From: Candidatus Planktophila sp.
Lineage (GTDB): Bacteria; Actinomycetota; Actinomycetes; Nanopelagicales; Nanopelagicaceae
Assembly: GCA_044346015.1 (NCBI GenBank)
Contig: JBIJAA010000002.1
Span: forward strand, 43,960-107,959
DNA length: 64,000 nt
Reading direction: 5' to 3'
How positions within the stretch are numbered: position 1 is the first letter of the stretch; every line of letters begins with the position of its first letter. This document shows positions 34,219 to 44,459 of the stretch, piece after piece. The notes beneath the pieces were generated by a model. That model saw only the letters and a list, made by a program, of their open reading frames with translations, did not search any database and was not told the DNA's origin. A program made the translations under genes and the position numbers.

Positions 34219-34851
34219 ATGAAACAATTACTTCTAAACATTCCAGCTTTTGCTGGAGCGACACTTCTATTAGTTATGGTTCCAGGCCAAGGTGTTGCCA
34301 TGGTTCTCAAGCAATCGATCATGGGTGGGAGCAAGGCGGCTCTACTATCGGCCGCTGGTAATTGTGCCGGAATTTTTATCTGGTCAATTTCAAGTGCAAT
34401 CGGTTTATCAGCCATATTCACGCGATCAGAAATTGCTTACTCACTCCTTAAATGGACTGGCGTAGTTTTCTTAGTTCTAGTCTCCTTGCAAACAGCTTTC
34501 ACGCTGAGAAAAGAGTTTGGAAACTTTGATCTCAATGGCAAAAAGCAGGGCAGTAACTGGGCATCCTTTAGGTTGGGTTTGATTACTAACCTGACAAATG
34601 TGAAGGCCGCGGTATATGCGGTCGCATTTCTGCCCGCTTTCGTCCCACGTGATTTCTCCTTGGCGTGGGGCATATTTATATTTGGATCTATATGGGCGAT
34701 CGTTTCTATCTCTTGGAATCTATTGTTGATATGGACCGTCAAGAAATCTTCGACATATATTCAAAAACCTATTGTGCGTCGAACGCTCACAGCAATCTCT
34801 GCTCTTGGAATTATGGGACTTGCCCTAGGGCTTGCCTTCTCGGGGCGATAA
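34219..34851 (+). CDS. LysE/RhtB family amino-acid exporter
   Basis: VPGQG (PGP-like), FRLGLITNLTNVKA, multiple TM segments. Confidence 0.88.
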   Translation: MKQLLLNIPAFAGATLLLVMVPGQGVAMVLKQSIMGGSKAALLSAAGNCAGIFIWSISSAIGLSAIFTRSEIAYSLLKWTGVVFLVLVSLQTAFTLRKEFGNFDLNGKKQGSNWASFRLGLITNLTNVKAAVYAVAFLPAFVPRDFSLAWGIFIFGSIWAIVSISWNLLLIWTVKKSSTYIQKPIVRRTLTAISALGIMGLALGLAFSGR

Positions 34852-35610
34852 TCCTTCAATAAAAACAAGGCTGTTTTGGAAAATTGCCTCTTGGTCATAA
34901 TCCAAAGTTGCGACATGGTAACTATTCATTAGTTCGATGCGGGTTTTGTTCTGTGAACTTATCTCAGAGAGAATAATTTCAGTATTACCCACCGGCAAAG
35001 TGTGATCCTCAACGGAATGGAAGAGCTGAACCGGGATGGTCACTTTTCTTAAGTTGCGTCTGGTAACACGCAACATTTTAAGCAACTGATAAACACCACG
35101 TGATGGAAGATGGTCGTAACCCCATTCAGTTATCCCTGGGCGCTTAATGTCATCACCAACACTGGTGCGCAACTTACGAAGCCGAGACAAAAAGTAGGCC
35201 AACTCAACAGGAACGCCCTTAACGTAAATCATGGGATTTACTAATATAAGCCCAGCTAGTGCATCATTATGTGATTCAGCAACATTAAGTACCGTTGCAC
35301 CGCCCATTGAAAGTCCGACTAAAAATATTGTGTCGCAGGTTTTTTGAAGCTCTCTTAGCTCGACGGTAACTTTGGCAGGCCACTCTTGCCACTTTATCTC
35401 GTTGAGGTGTTCAACCTTCGTTCCATGCCCAGGTAATAGTGGTACGCGGACTGTGTAGCCCTTAGAGTGGAGAAACTCTCCCCATGGTCGCATTGATGGG
35501 GGCGATCCCGTAAAACCATGCACTAGAAGAACGCCAATACGTGCATTCTTTCCGGATCCAATTGCAGACCAATCCTGCATCCAACCGTGTGGTGCTCCCT
35601 CAACTGCCAT
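34825..35610 (-). CDS. alpha/beta-hydrolase carboxylesterase
   Basis: HGFTGSP, GLSMG nucleophile, EDH, SYHV triad. Confidence 0.88.
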   Translation of the reverse strand: MAVEGAPHGWMQDWSAIGSGKNARIGVLLVHGFTGSPPSMRPWGEFLHSKGYTVRVPLLPGHGTKVEHLNEIKWQEWPAKVTVELRELQKTCDTIFLVGLSMGGATVLNVAESHNDALAGLILVNPMIYVKGVPVELAYFLSRLRKLRTSVGDDIKRPGITEWGYDHLPSRGVYQLLKMLRVTRRNLRKVTIPVQLFHSVEDHTLPVGNTEIILSEISSQNKTRIELMNSYHVATLDYDQEAIFQNSLVFIEGLSPREGKP

Positions 35611-35663
35611 ATGTAAATACTATGACCACACTGTTGTCAGTTCAATGACATACGATCGCCCTT

Positions 35664-36296
35664 ATGGCAAACATTGGTGAAACTCTCCTTTCGGATACAA
35701 CTTTCGCTGTCATTGACCTAGAAACATCTGGTGGCTCTCCAAATTCTGGGGCCGGGATCACAGAAATAGGTGTAGTAAAAGTTCGCGGTGGGGTCGTACT
35801 AGATACCTTTCAAAGTTTCGTTGATCCAGGTCATTCACTTCCACCGTTTATTACACAGTTAACCGGTATTACTGATGAAATGTTGACTTCGGCCCCCTTC
35901 ATTGATGAAGTACTTCCAACCCTTATTGAGTTCTTAGGATCGCCAAATGAAACTGTATTAGTAGCTCACAATTCTCCCTTTGATATGAGTTTCCTAAAAG
36001 CTGCTGCGCTCGTCCATAAATTCCCCTGGCCTAGTTACTTAACAGTTGACACCGCTCGACTAGCACGAGCAGTCCTTGATCCAGATGAAGTCGTCAATTG
36101 TAAACTTGGAACATTAGCAATCTTTTTCAATGCAAACACATCGCCCAATCACAGAGCACTAGATGACGCCCTGGCAACCGTTGATGTGCTGCACGGAATT
36201 ATTGAACGTTTGGCCGGTCATCAGGTGTGGACCTTTGAGGAAATGAGAAGCTTTCCCTCACGAAAGAGGCGAGTTAAGCGCCCAATTTCTGAGTAA
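35664..36296 (+). CDS. DEDDh 3'-5' exonuclease (DnaQ-like, exonuclease domain only)
   Basis: VIDLETSG, VAHNSPFD, HRALDDA. Confidence 0.9.
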   Translation: MANIGETLLSDTTFAVIDLETSGGSPNSGAGITEIGVVKVRGGVVLDTFQSFVDPGHSLPPFITQLTGITDEMLTSAPFIDEVLPTLIEFLGSPNETVLVAHNSPFDMSFLKAAALVHKFPWPSYLTVDTARLARAVLDPDEVVNCKLGTLAIFFNANTSPNHRALDDALATVDVLHGIIERLAGHQVWTFEEMRSFPSRKRRVKRPISE

Positions 36297-37317
36297 GCCC
36301 GGCCCACTGTGCGACTAAACGAGTTGAAGCACCTGAATCAATTGCATCAATGGCGCGTGAAACTCCTAGCGCCATCCGCTCGTGAAGATTCAAATCGAAT
36401 CTAGCGTCATAGGCCGCAATTGCAGCTGCTGCATTTAAGACAACAGCATCTCGAGGTGCACCTTTTTCACCAGCAAAGATCGCCATCGTGATTCGCGCAT
36501 TTTCTGTTGAATCTCCCCCAACCAGTGCTGCAATTGGGGCCCGTTGAATATCAAAATCTTGTGGGTCAATCAGATCACTTGAAATCTCACCGTTGCCGAT
36601 TGTTAAGACTGAAGTTGTTGTGGCCAAGGTGATCTCATCTAATCCATCATCGCCTCTGAATACGAATCCATCAACTCCGCGATTAGCTAACACCTGCGCC
36701 ATTACTAAGTGCATCCGCTCATTTGCAACACCAATGGCCGCGGCCTGTGGTTTGGCGGGGTTAGCCATTGGACCCAGAATGTTAAAAACTGTTGGGACTC
36801 CTAGCTCTTTTCGGGCCGGGGCTGCATAGCGCATAGCAGGATGAAAGACAGGTGCAAAGCAAAAGCCAATGCCTACTTCTCTGAAAGTTCTTTCTACGCC
36901 AACGCCATCCAAATTGATATTAATTCCTAACGCCTCTAGTAAATCCGCTGATCCAGACTTGGATGAAGCAGCGCGGTTTCCATGCTTGACAACTTTCACA
37001 CCTGCGGCTGCCGCGATGATTGCAGCGGTAGTTGAGATGTTAATTGTGTGGGCTCCATCCCCGCCTGTGCCAACGGTGTCAACGGCTCTTTCGCTAATGG
37101 AGATAGGCGCACAGTGTTGATACATCTGGGCCACTAGTGCGCCAACTTCTTCAGAAGTCTCCCCTTTTTCTTTGAGAGCGAGCAAGAACTGCTTTGTAAT
37201 CTCGTTATCAGCCTTGCCCGTGAGAATTTCATTCATGCACCATTGGACATCATCGGAGTCAAGATCTAATCCAGCATTCAAACGCGAGATATGTAAATCC
37301 CAGCGCGATTGCATCAT
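36274..37317 (-). CDS. trpD: anthranilate phosphoribosyltransferase
   Basis: DTVGTGGDG, NIST, KHGNR, DGLDE. Confidence 0.96.
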   Translation of the reverse strand: MMQSRWDLHISRLNAGLDLDSDDVQWCMNEILTGKADNEITKQFLLALKEKGETSEEVGALVAQMYQHCAPISISERAVDTVGTGGDGAHTINISTTAAIIAAAAGVKVVKHGNRAASSKSGSADLLEALGININLDGVGVERTFREVGIGFCFAPVFHPAMRYAAPARKELGVPTVFNILGPMANPAKPQAAAIGVANERMHLVMAQVLANRGVDGFVFRGDDGLDEITLATTTSVLTIGNGEISSDLIDPQDFDIQRAPIAALVGGDSTENARITMAIFAGEKGAPRDAVVLNAAAAIAAYDARFDLNLHERMALGVSRAIDAIDSGASTRLVAQWAGLTQKLGA

Positions 37318-37325
37318 GGAATTAT

Positions 37326-37748
37326 TTAAGCAGAAACGAGAGTGGTGCCGCGAAGTAATTGCGCTGCTGTTTTGGCAAGGGTAAATGGGTCGATCGGGTG
37401 AACGACTGAAGCCTCGGCCATTGACCAGGCCGCAAGCCATGCATCTTCTTTTCGGCCTGTTATGACCAATACGGGTGGGCAGTTAAAAACTTCATCCTTT
37501 AACTGACGAGCAATCCCCATGCCACCTTCTTGTGCGGCTTCTCCGTCAAGAATAAACAAATCGGCGCGTGAGCGACCGCCAATACCTTTACTGTCAATGT
37601 AGGCACGAAGGGCTGCGCCAGTGGCAAACTCGTGAATTTCATGTTCAGGAAGATCCACAGCGACCCGACGACCTAGAGCTGAAGCAATAGATGCACGAAC
37701 AGATGAATCATCTGAGTACACAATGATCTGCTTCTTAATCTCGTCCAT
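37326..37748 (-). CDS. orphan single-domain response-regulator receiver (Rv3143-like)
   Basis: VYSDD, ILDGEA..GGMG.ARQ.KDE, W..A.A.V.HP.DP. Confidence 0.8.
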   Translation of the reverse strand: MDEIKKQIIVYSDDSSVRASIASALGRRVAVDLPEHEIHEFATGAALRAYIDSKGIGGRSRADLFILDGEAAQEGGMGIARQLKDEVFNCPPVLVITGRKEDAWLAAWSMAEASVVHPIDPFTLAKTAAQLLRGTTLVSA

Positions 37749-37814
37749 GGGGAAAGTCTATTCTTGATTTCGTTTTATACCTACATCTTTAATCCCTAGG
37801 GCCAGCACTTTTAT

Positions 37815-37830
37815 AGTGACCCGTTTCACC
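37815..37830. promoter_or_regulatory. candidate CRP/GlxR- or Rex-type operator
   Basis: AGTGA-N6-TCACC (8/10 match to TGTGA-N6-TCACA) between the receiver gene and ctaE. Confidence 0.35.
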
Positions 37831-37906
37831 TCCTATATGCTCAAAACCGACACCCTGAGGCCATCTGTGGAGGACGCCGAGCCCAATTTCGGGAATAATC
37901 TCCCCT

Positions 37907-38530
37907 ATGTCAAGCGCAGTAGCACATCAGAAAATCACACGACCCAACGCAGTAGCTGTTGGAACAATCGTGTGGTTGTCCAGTGAGCTCATGTTCTTTG
38001 CGGCCCTGTTTGCTATGTACTTCACTACCCGCGCAGTTCAAGGTCCAGTAATTTGGGCCGAGTCAACAGAGCTGTTGAACATTCCATTTGCCGCAGTCAA
38101 CACAACAATTCTTGTTCTCTCTTCTGTTACTTGTCAGTTCGGTGTTTTTGCTGCTGAGCGTTTTCAAAATCATCGCACTGGAAATATATTTCAAGTAAAT
38201 AGATGGGGAATGAGAGAGTGGTTTGCCGCAACATTCTTGATGGGCGCAGTTTTCGTTTCCGGTCAAATTTACGAATATGCCATGTTGGTCTCTGAAGGTA
38301 AAACTCTTTCATCAGATGCCTACGGCTCTGTCTTCTACATTACTACCGGTTTCCACGGTCTGCATGTGACCGGCGGACTGATTGCATTTTTGATTGTGAT
38401 GGTGCGCGTTGCAAAAGCACGTCGCTTTACACATCAGCAGGCAACTACAGCAATTGTTGTTTCTTATTATTGGCACTTCGTCGACGTGGTATGGATCGCG
38501 CTTTTCTCAGCGATCTATCTGATTAAGTAG
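37907..38530 (+). CDS. ctaE: cytochrome c oxidase subunit III
   Basis: [26 protein letters not shown]. Confidence 0.96.
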   Translation: MSSAVAHQKITRPNAVAVGTIVWLSSELMFFAALFAMYFTTRAVQGPVIWAESTELLNIPFAAVNTTILVLSSVTCQFGVFAAERFQNHRTGNIFQVNRWGMREWFAATFLMGAVFVSGQIYEYAMLVSEGKTLSSDAYGSVFYITTGFHGLHVTGGLIAFLIVMVRVAKARRFTHQQATTAIVVSYYWHFVDVVWIALFSAIYLIK

Positions 38531-38542
38531 TAAGGGAAGAAA

Positions 38543-39334
38543 TTGAAGCGCATATCTCGCTACCGCCGACACAAAGCAGCTGGACCCTTTCTGCTAGTTC
38601 TCGCACTTCTAGCCATCGGCACAACCTTTAACGTGGCAAGTGCGGTGACTGAGACCGAAGCAACGGTTGCCGATCGCTCTGTTTTGATTGAAGAGGGGCG
38701 ACAAATTTTCTTGAAAGGTTGCTCTTCCTGTCATGGATTAAACGCCGAAGGCGCACAAATTGCACCGTCACTTGTTGGCGTTGGTGCTGCCTCAGTTGAT
38801 TTCCAAGTGGGTACAGGTCGCATGCCAATGGCTGACATGAGTACACAAGCAATGCGCAAGGAACCTATCTACAACGCCGAGGAAACGGCTGCTCTGGCTG
38901 CATATGTGGCATCACTTGCGCCGGGTCCAGAAATTCCTGCTGAGTCATCACTTAACTACGAACGAGATGGCAACACGGCAGAAGGTGGCGAATTGTTTAG
39001 AAACAACTGCGCCATGTGCCACAACTTTGCTGGCCAAGGCGGTGCGTTAACACAAGGCAAGTACGCCCCAACTTTGATGGGTGTTGAGCCAAAACATATT
39101 TATGAAGCTATGGTGACAGGCCCACAATCGATGCCAGTGTTTAGCGATAAGACTCTTACACCTGCAGAGAAGCTATCAATTATTAAGTGGATTAAATCAG
39201 CAGAGCAAGAACCAAATCTAGGTGGAGCATCTCTTGGACGCGTAGGACCTGTGACTGAAGGCTTATTAGGTTGGGTTCTAGGACTTGGAATGCTTATTGG
39301 TGTTGCTGTCTGGCTAGCGATGAAGGCGAAATAA
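38543..39334 (+). CDS. qcrC: cytochrome bcc diheme c subunit
   Basis: CSSCH and CAMCH, GPVTEG. Confidence 0.96.
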   Translation: MKRISRYRRHKAAGPFLLVLALLAIGTTFNVASAVTETEATVADRSVLIEEGRQIFLKGCSSCHGLNAEGAQIAPSLVGVGAASVDFQVGTGRMPMADMSTQAMRKEPIYNAEETAALAAYVASLAPGPEIPAESSLNYERDGNTAEGGELFRNNCAMCHNFAGQGGALTQGKYAPTLMGVEPKHIYEAMVTGPQSMPVFSDKTLTPAEKLSIIKWIKSAEQEPNLGGASLGRVGPVTEGLLGWVLGLGMLIGVAVWLAMKAK

Positions 39335-39338
39335 AACA

Positions 39339-40334
39339 ATGTCTAATGAAATCGAAGCCATAAAAGATCCAGGACTACCTGCCCACGTTCACCGTAAGGC
39401 AGATACAGATCCTGTTGCTGCAAAGCGAGCCGAACGTCAGGTAGCGATTTTGTTTGCAATCTCTGCACTTGGAACAGTTCTACTCATTGTTTCCTACCTT
39501 TTCATTCCAGATGATGTGTTTATTTTCATCCCAGTTATGGGCGATCAGAATGCGCATCAATTAGGCCTTGGGCTAGGAATGGCCATCTCATTATTTTTTA
39601 TCGGCATGGGTGCTATCCACTGGGCAAAGACATTGATGCCTGACACCGAAGTTGTCGCACAACGTCACGAATTCCGCTCCCCTGATAAGGATCGCAAAGA
39701 GTTTGTAGAAGCCGTTAAATCTGGCGTGGATGCTTCAGGTCTGGGCCGTCGTTCTTTGATAAAGAGATCACTTGGCGCAGCACTTGGATTATCTGCCTTG
39801 TCTCCATTGCTACTTCTTCGGGATTTAGGTCCATTGCCAGGCAATGAACTCGAAAAGACAACCTGGAAATCAGGCACGTATCTAGTAACTGACCCTGGCA
39901 ATCGACGAATCAAATCATCTGATCTTGAGGTTGGCTCGGTTGCACAAGTTCTCCCAGAAATAGCAGATCCTGAGCATCGCAAGCTCAGTGACATCGCAAA
40001 AGATGCAGTCCTTCTCATCCGCCTTCGCCCACAAGAGTTCAATCTTGAACCAGATAGATTGGCAATGACACACGAAGGAATAATTGCCTTTTCCAAGATT
40101 TGCTCCCATATGGGCTGCGCCGTGGCTCTCTACGAGCAACAGACAAAGCACTTGTTGTGTCCATGTCATCAATCAACATTTGATGTAACTCGAGCGGCAA
40201 AAGTTATTTTCGGGCCTTCTGCGCGCCCACTGCCTCAGTTAGATATCACCGTCGATAGCGAAGGCTATTTATTTGCTCGTAAACCATTCTCCGAACCAGT
40301 CGGACCTAGTTTCTGGGAGCGTGACTCACAATGA
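39339..40334 (+). CDS. qcrA: cytochrome bcc Rieske subunit
   Basis: CSHMGC and CPCHQS, internal RR Tat motif after TMs. Confidence 0.96.
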   Translation: MSNEIEAIKDPGLPAHVHRKADTDPVAAKRAERQVAILFAISALGTVLLIVSYLFIPDDVFIFIPVMGDQNAHQLGLGLGMAISLFFIGMGAIHWAKTLMPDTEVVAQRHEFRSPDKDRKEFVEAVKSGVDASGLGRRSLIKRSLGAALGLSALSPLLLLRDLGPLPGNELEKTTWKSGTYLVTDPGNRRIKSSDLEVGSVAQVLPEIADPEHRKLSDIAKDAVLLIRLRPQEFNLEPDRLAMTHEGIIAFSKICSHMGCAVALYEQQTKHLLCPCHQSTFDVTRAAKVIFGPSARPLPQLDITVDSEGYLFARKPFSEPVGPSFWERDSQ

Positions 40335-41914
40335 CAGTTGAAAATCGTTTGGGCAGCGTTGCCAATTATGTAGATGAGCGCACAGGTGCTGCTGCGTGGA
40401 TGAAGAAAAATCTTCAAAAGGTTTTCCCAGATCACTGGTCCTTCCTTCTCGGTGAAGTCGCGCTGTACTCATTTATCATCTTGTTGCTATCTGGAACCTT
40501 TCTAACTTTCTGGTTTGACCCTTCCCAGCGTGAAGTTATCTATGAGGGTAGCTATGAACCACTAGAAGGATTGAAGATGTCAGCGGCTTACGCTTCAACA
40601 CTTCACATTTCTTTTGAGGTTCGTGGTGGTCTCTTAATGCGCCAAATTCACCACTGGGCGGCTCTTATTTTTATGTCAGCAATTGTTGCTCACTTGCTGC
40701 GAGTCTTCTTCACCGGCGCATTCCGCAAGCCACGTGAAGGAAACTGGATCATTGGAATTGGCCTTTTGACTCTAGGAATTGTTGAAGGATTCCTTGGATA
40801 CTCACTGCCAGATGATCTTTTGTCAGGAACTGGAATTCGTATTGCAGAGGCGATCATTCAAGCCATTCCTGTAGTGGGTTCCTATCTTGCTTACTTTGCA
40901 TTTGGTGGTGCATTCCCCGGTGAAGCTTTCATCCCACGTATTTACACTGTGCACGTGCTGCTCTTACCTGGTGCCTTCTTGGCGCTAATTACCGCTCACT
41001 TAATGATGGTCTGGTACCAAAAGCACACTCAGTTCCCAGGTCCAGGACGTACAGAAAAGAACGTTGTCGGATATCCACTGATGCCTACCTACATGGCTAA
41101 AGCTGGCGGATTCTTCTTCATCGTCTTCGGTGTCACAGCATTTCTTGCCGCAGTTGCATCGATCAACCCAATCTGGCTTTATGGTCCCTATACGCCAGGA
41201 CAAATTTCGGCTGGTTCGCAACCTGACTGGTACATGGGTTGGCTTGATGGCTTAGTGCGCATGGCTCCCCCAATTGAAAGTTACATTTTTGGTAACACAA
41301 TTTCTTGGAACATTTTGATTCCGGGATTAATAGTCCCTGGAATCTTATTTACAGGTATGGCGCTCTATCCATTTATAGAAAGTTGGATAACTGGCGATAA
41401 GCGTGAACATCACCTGCTTGATCGTCCACGCAATGCACCAAATCGCACTGCGCTAGGCGTAATGTCATTAACCTTCGTGTTGGTTACCTTGATAAACGGT
41501 GGTAATGACATCATTGCAACTCACTTTGATCTATCAATTAATCAAATTATGTGGGGCACTCGTATTGGAGTATTTGTCCTGCCTCCAATTGCATTCGTGG
41601 TGACTAAACGTCTTTGCTTGTCATTGCAGCGAGCTGATCGTGAGCTGGTCCTTCATGGACGTGAAACTGGAACTCTTCTTCGTTTGCCTCATGGTGAGTT
41701 CGTGGAAGTTCATGAGCCAATCTCTCCTGAAAAGGCCTACCTACTCACATCACATGAGCAGGCACCACCTCTTGAATTACCAGCAGTTGATGGCCGCGGA
41801 GTCAAGCGCGCGGGTGCATTAAGAAACAAGTTGCGCTCCCGTATGAGCATTGCAAATGCTGAGCAGGTAACGAAAGCTTCAGCTGATGATCTCAAGGAAA
41901 TCGAGCATCACTAG
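40331..41914 (+). CDS. qcrB: cytochrome bcc cytochrome b subunit
   Basis: FPDHWSF, RQIHHWAA, SQPDWY. Confidence 0.97.
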   Translation: MTVENRLGSVANYVDERTGAAAWMKKNLQKVFPDHWSFLLGEVALYSFIILLLSGTFLTFWFDPSQREVIYEGSYEPLEGLKMSAAYASTLHISFEVRGGLLMRQIHHWAALIFMSAIVAHLLRVFFTGAFRKPREGNWIIGIGLLTLGIVEGFLGYSLPDDLLSGTGIRIAEAIIQAIPVVGSYLAYFAFGGAFPGEAFIPRIYTVHVLLLPGAFLALITAHLMMVWYQKHTQFPGPGRTEKNVVGYPLMPTYMAKAGGFFFIVFGVTAFLAAVASINPIWLYGPYTPGQISAGSQPDWYMGWLDGLVRMAPPIESYIFGNTISWNILIPGLIVPGILFTGMALYPFIESWITGDKREHHLLDRPRNAPNRTALGVMSLTFVLVTLINGGNDIIATHFDLSINQIMWGTRIGVFVLPPIAFVVTKRLCLSLQRADRELVLHGRETGTLLRLPHGEFVEVHEPISPEKAYLLTSHEQAPPLELPAVDGRGVKRAGALRNKLRSRMSIANAEQVTKASADDLKEIEHH

Positions 41915-42396
41915 AGGGAATTAAAACCCTCACACAATGCTTTTAGTTTTACAAGCGACTTACTCATCCATTTAGGGTTATGAGCTATTGCCCCGGTCAA
42001 ATTGAGCCAATGCTTTGCAAAAAATGGGATTTCGCTGGCATCAAATGATTCAGTGACTTGGGTAGTGCCATTACCTAACTCAACTAACTCGTACTGCCAT
42101 CTCCATTTCATTAAATGGCACCAGGCGATCTGCTTATCCTCTTCAAAAACCACGACAGTATTTTTGATGCGATATGGAATCTTTATCTTCATGGCCATTG
42201 AAAACTGAGCACCTAAGAACAACCGCTTAGGACCCGACACCGAATTCTTTATAGTCTCTGAACCATCAAATAATTGATGCATGGCTGGGTTTGCCAATAA
42301 ATCAAAAATCATCTTTGCTGGCGCGGCAATGACTATTCGGGCAGCAGTTTTCTTTGGATGATCGGTGGCAAGAATCTCTGCCCGTTCTTTACTCAT
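41911..42396 (-). CDS. SRPBCC/START-fold (polyketide cyclase-like) protein
   Basis: I.APA..IFDLLANP.MH..FDGS, W.YEL...G.GTTQVTESFD. Confidence 0.75.
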   Translation of the reverse strand: MSKERAEILATDHPKKTAARIVIAAPAKMIFDLLANPAMHQLFDGSETIKNSVSGPKRLFLGAQFSMAMKIKIPYRIKNTVVVFEEDKQIAWCHLMKWRWQYELVELGNGTTQVTESFDASEIPFFAKHWLNLTGAIAHNPKWMSKSLVKLKALCEGFNSL

Positions 42397-42800
42397 TAGT
42401 GAGAAGTATTGCTCAACGGCTTTTCATATTCGGTCACCATGCCGATTATAGAAATCACTAAAGCGCCAAGACCGATGAGGCAAAGCCACCACCCGATGAT
42501 TAAACCCAAGCCAAGCGTGCAGGCACTGAGGGCTACTGGCAATGGCCACCATGAGTGAGGGCTATAGAAACCTAATTCACCAGCTCCATCTGAAATCTCA
42601 GCCTCGAGGTTATCTTCAGGAAGCTCAACGCCAATTCTCTTTTGCGTAAACCACACATAAAAGCCGACCATCCCGGCTAAGCAGGCCGAAAGAAGTAAGC
42701 CGCTAATTCCTAATGGTTCTCCGCCGATCATTACGTAAATAACCGTGACAATGGCATAGAAAACCGCAAGACCGCCAAATAACTTCCATGAAGCCTTCAT
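42396..42800 (-). CDS. ctaF: cytochrome c oxidase subunit 4
   Basis: PED...AEI.DGAGELGFYSPHSWWP. Confidence 0.93.
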   Translation of the reverse strand: MKASWKLFGGLAVFYAIVTVIYVMIGGEPLGISGLLLSACLAGMVGFYVWFTQKRIGVELPEDNLEAEISDGAGELGFYSPHSWWPLPVALSACTLGLGLIIGWWLCLIGLGALVISIIGMVTEYEKPLSNTSH

Positions 42801-42803
42801 CTT

Positions 42804-44459
42804 TTATTGCTTCCCCTCAATTTTCACATGTGGGTGATGTAAATCAAAAGCTGGTCGCTCACTTGAAATACGAGGCATTGATAAGAAATTATGGCGAGGT
42901 GGTGGGCAAGAGGTCGCCCACTCGAGTGAACTTCCATAACCCCAAGGATCATCGACTCCCACAAGAGGTGCCTTGCGAGTAATCCAAATATTGATTGCAA
43001 ATGGGATCATTGAGAGCGCTAGCAGGAATGAACCGATTGTTGAGACTGTGTTCATAAATGTAAAACCATCACCTGGCAAATAATCAGCATAACGACGTGG
43101 GAAGCCCTTAATACCTAGCCAGTGCTGAATCAGGAAGGTTAAGTGGAAGCCAACAAACAAAGTCCAGAAGTGGATCTTTCCTAGGTGTTCATTGAGCATG
43201 CGCCCTGTCATCTTTGGCCACCAGAAATAGAAACCTGCAAACATTGAAAACACTACAGTTCCAAATAATACGTAGTGGAAGTGTGCAACTACGAAATAGC
43301 TAGCAGAGACTGCAAAATCCAGAGGTGGTGAGGCAAGAATAATTCCTGTAAGACCACCAAATAGGAATGTCACAAGGAAGCCCATCACCCACAGCATTGG
43401 GGTTTCAAAGGTCACATGTCCCCTCCACATAGTTCCAATCCAGTTGAAGAATTTCACTCCAGTAGGAACGCCAATGAGAAATGTCATGAAGGAGAAAAAT
43501 GGTAGTAACACTTGGCCGCTTGCAAACATGTGGTGTGCCCACACAGATACAGATAGAGCAGCAATTGCAATAGTTGCCGCAATTAACCCTAAGTATCCAA
43601 AGATTGGTTTGCGACTAAAGACCGGCAAAATCTCTGTAACGATTCCGAAGAATGGGAGCGCAAGAATGTAAACCTCAGGATGACCGAAGAACCAAAAGAG
43701 GTGCTGCCACAACATTGCACCACCATTGGCCGGATCAAACAAATGTGAACCATAGAGTCGGTCTGACTCTAAGCCTAAGAAGGCTGCCGCTAAAGGAGGA
43801 AATGCGAGTAAAACTAGAATCGAAGTAAGTAGAACGTTCCACGAGAAAATAGACATACGGAACATCGTCATTCCAGGTGCGCGCATTGTGAAAATTGTCG
43901 TAATGAAGTTAACGCCACCAAGAATTGTTCCCACACCGCTGATGGCTAAACCAATCAACCACAAATCCCCACCAATACCTGGTGAGTATTCTGAGTTAGA
44001 CAGTGGTGCATAGGCGGTCCAACCAAATGATGCCGCGCCTCCTGGCGATAAGAACCCTGCAAAGGTCATTAATCCACCAAATAAGAAAAGCCAATAAGAA
44101 AACATGTTCAAGCGAGGGAATGCAACATCTGCAGCACCGATCTGCAAAGGCATGATGACGTTTGCAAAGCCCACAAATAATGGGGTTGCAAACATCAGCA
44201 ACATAATCGTTCCGTGCATTGTGAAAATCTGGTTGTACTGCTCATTACTCAAGAACTGCATCCCTGGTCGGGCTAACTCAGCTCGAAGAACAAGAGCCAG
44301 GATTCCACCGATTAAAAACCAGGCAAATGAGGTCATCAAATACATGTAACCGATCGTCTTGTGGTCAGTTGATGTAATCCACTTTACGAAAGACTTTCCC
44401 TTTGGGGTGGGCATAGTTCCATTGGCAGTGACCATTGGACGCTGTGCATAGGTTGTCAT
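42804..44459 (-). CDS. ctaD: cytochrome c oxidase subunit I (A1-type)
   Basis: HGTIM, FGHPEVY, WAHH, HFHY, PRRY. Confidence 0.97.
   Translation of the reverse strand: MTTYAQRPMVTANGTMPTPKGKSFVKWITSTDHKTIGYMYLMTSFAWFLIGGILALVLRAELARPGMQFLSNEQYNQIFTMHGTIMLLMFATPLFVGFANVIMPLQIGAADVAFPRLNMFSYWLFLFGGLMTFAGFLSPGGAASFGWTAYAPLSNSEYSPGIGGDLWLIGLAISGVGTILGGVNFITTIFTMRAPGMTMFRMSIFSWNVLLTSILVLLAFPPLAAAFLGLESDRLYGSHLFDPANGGAMLWQHLFWFFGHPEVYILALPFFGIVTEILPVFSRKPIFGYLGLIAATIAIAALSVSVWAHHMFASGQVLLPFFSFMTFLIGVPTGVKFFNWIGTMWRGHVTFETPMLWVMGFLVTFLFGGLTGIILASPPLDFAVSASYFVVAHFHYVLFGTVVFSMFAGFYFWWPKMTGRMLNEHLGKIHFWTLFVGFHLTFLIQHWLGIKGFPRRYADYLPGDGFTFMNTVSTIGSFLLALSMIPFAINIWITRKAPLVGVDDPWGYGSSLEWATSCPPPRHNFLSMPRISSERPAFDLHHPHVKIEGKQ

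Noticed and set aside
31988-34851. Integrated prophage or ICE at the tRNA cluster
   Set aside because: No integrase, transposase or duplicated tRNA 3' end (att) was seen.
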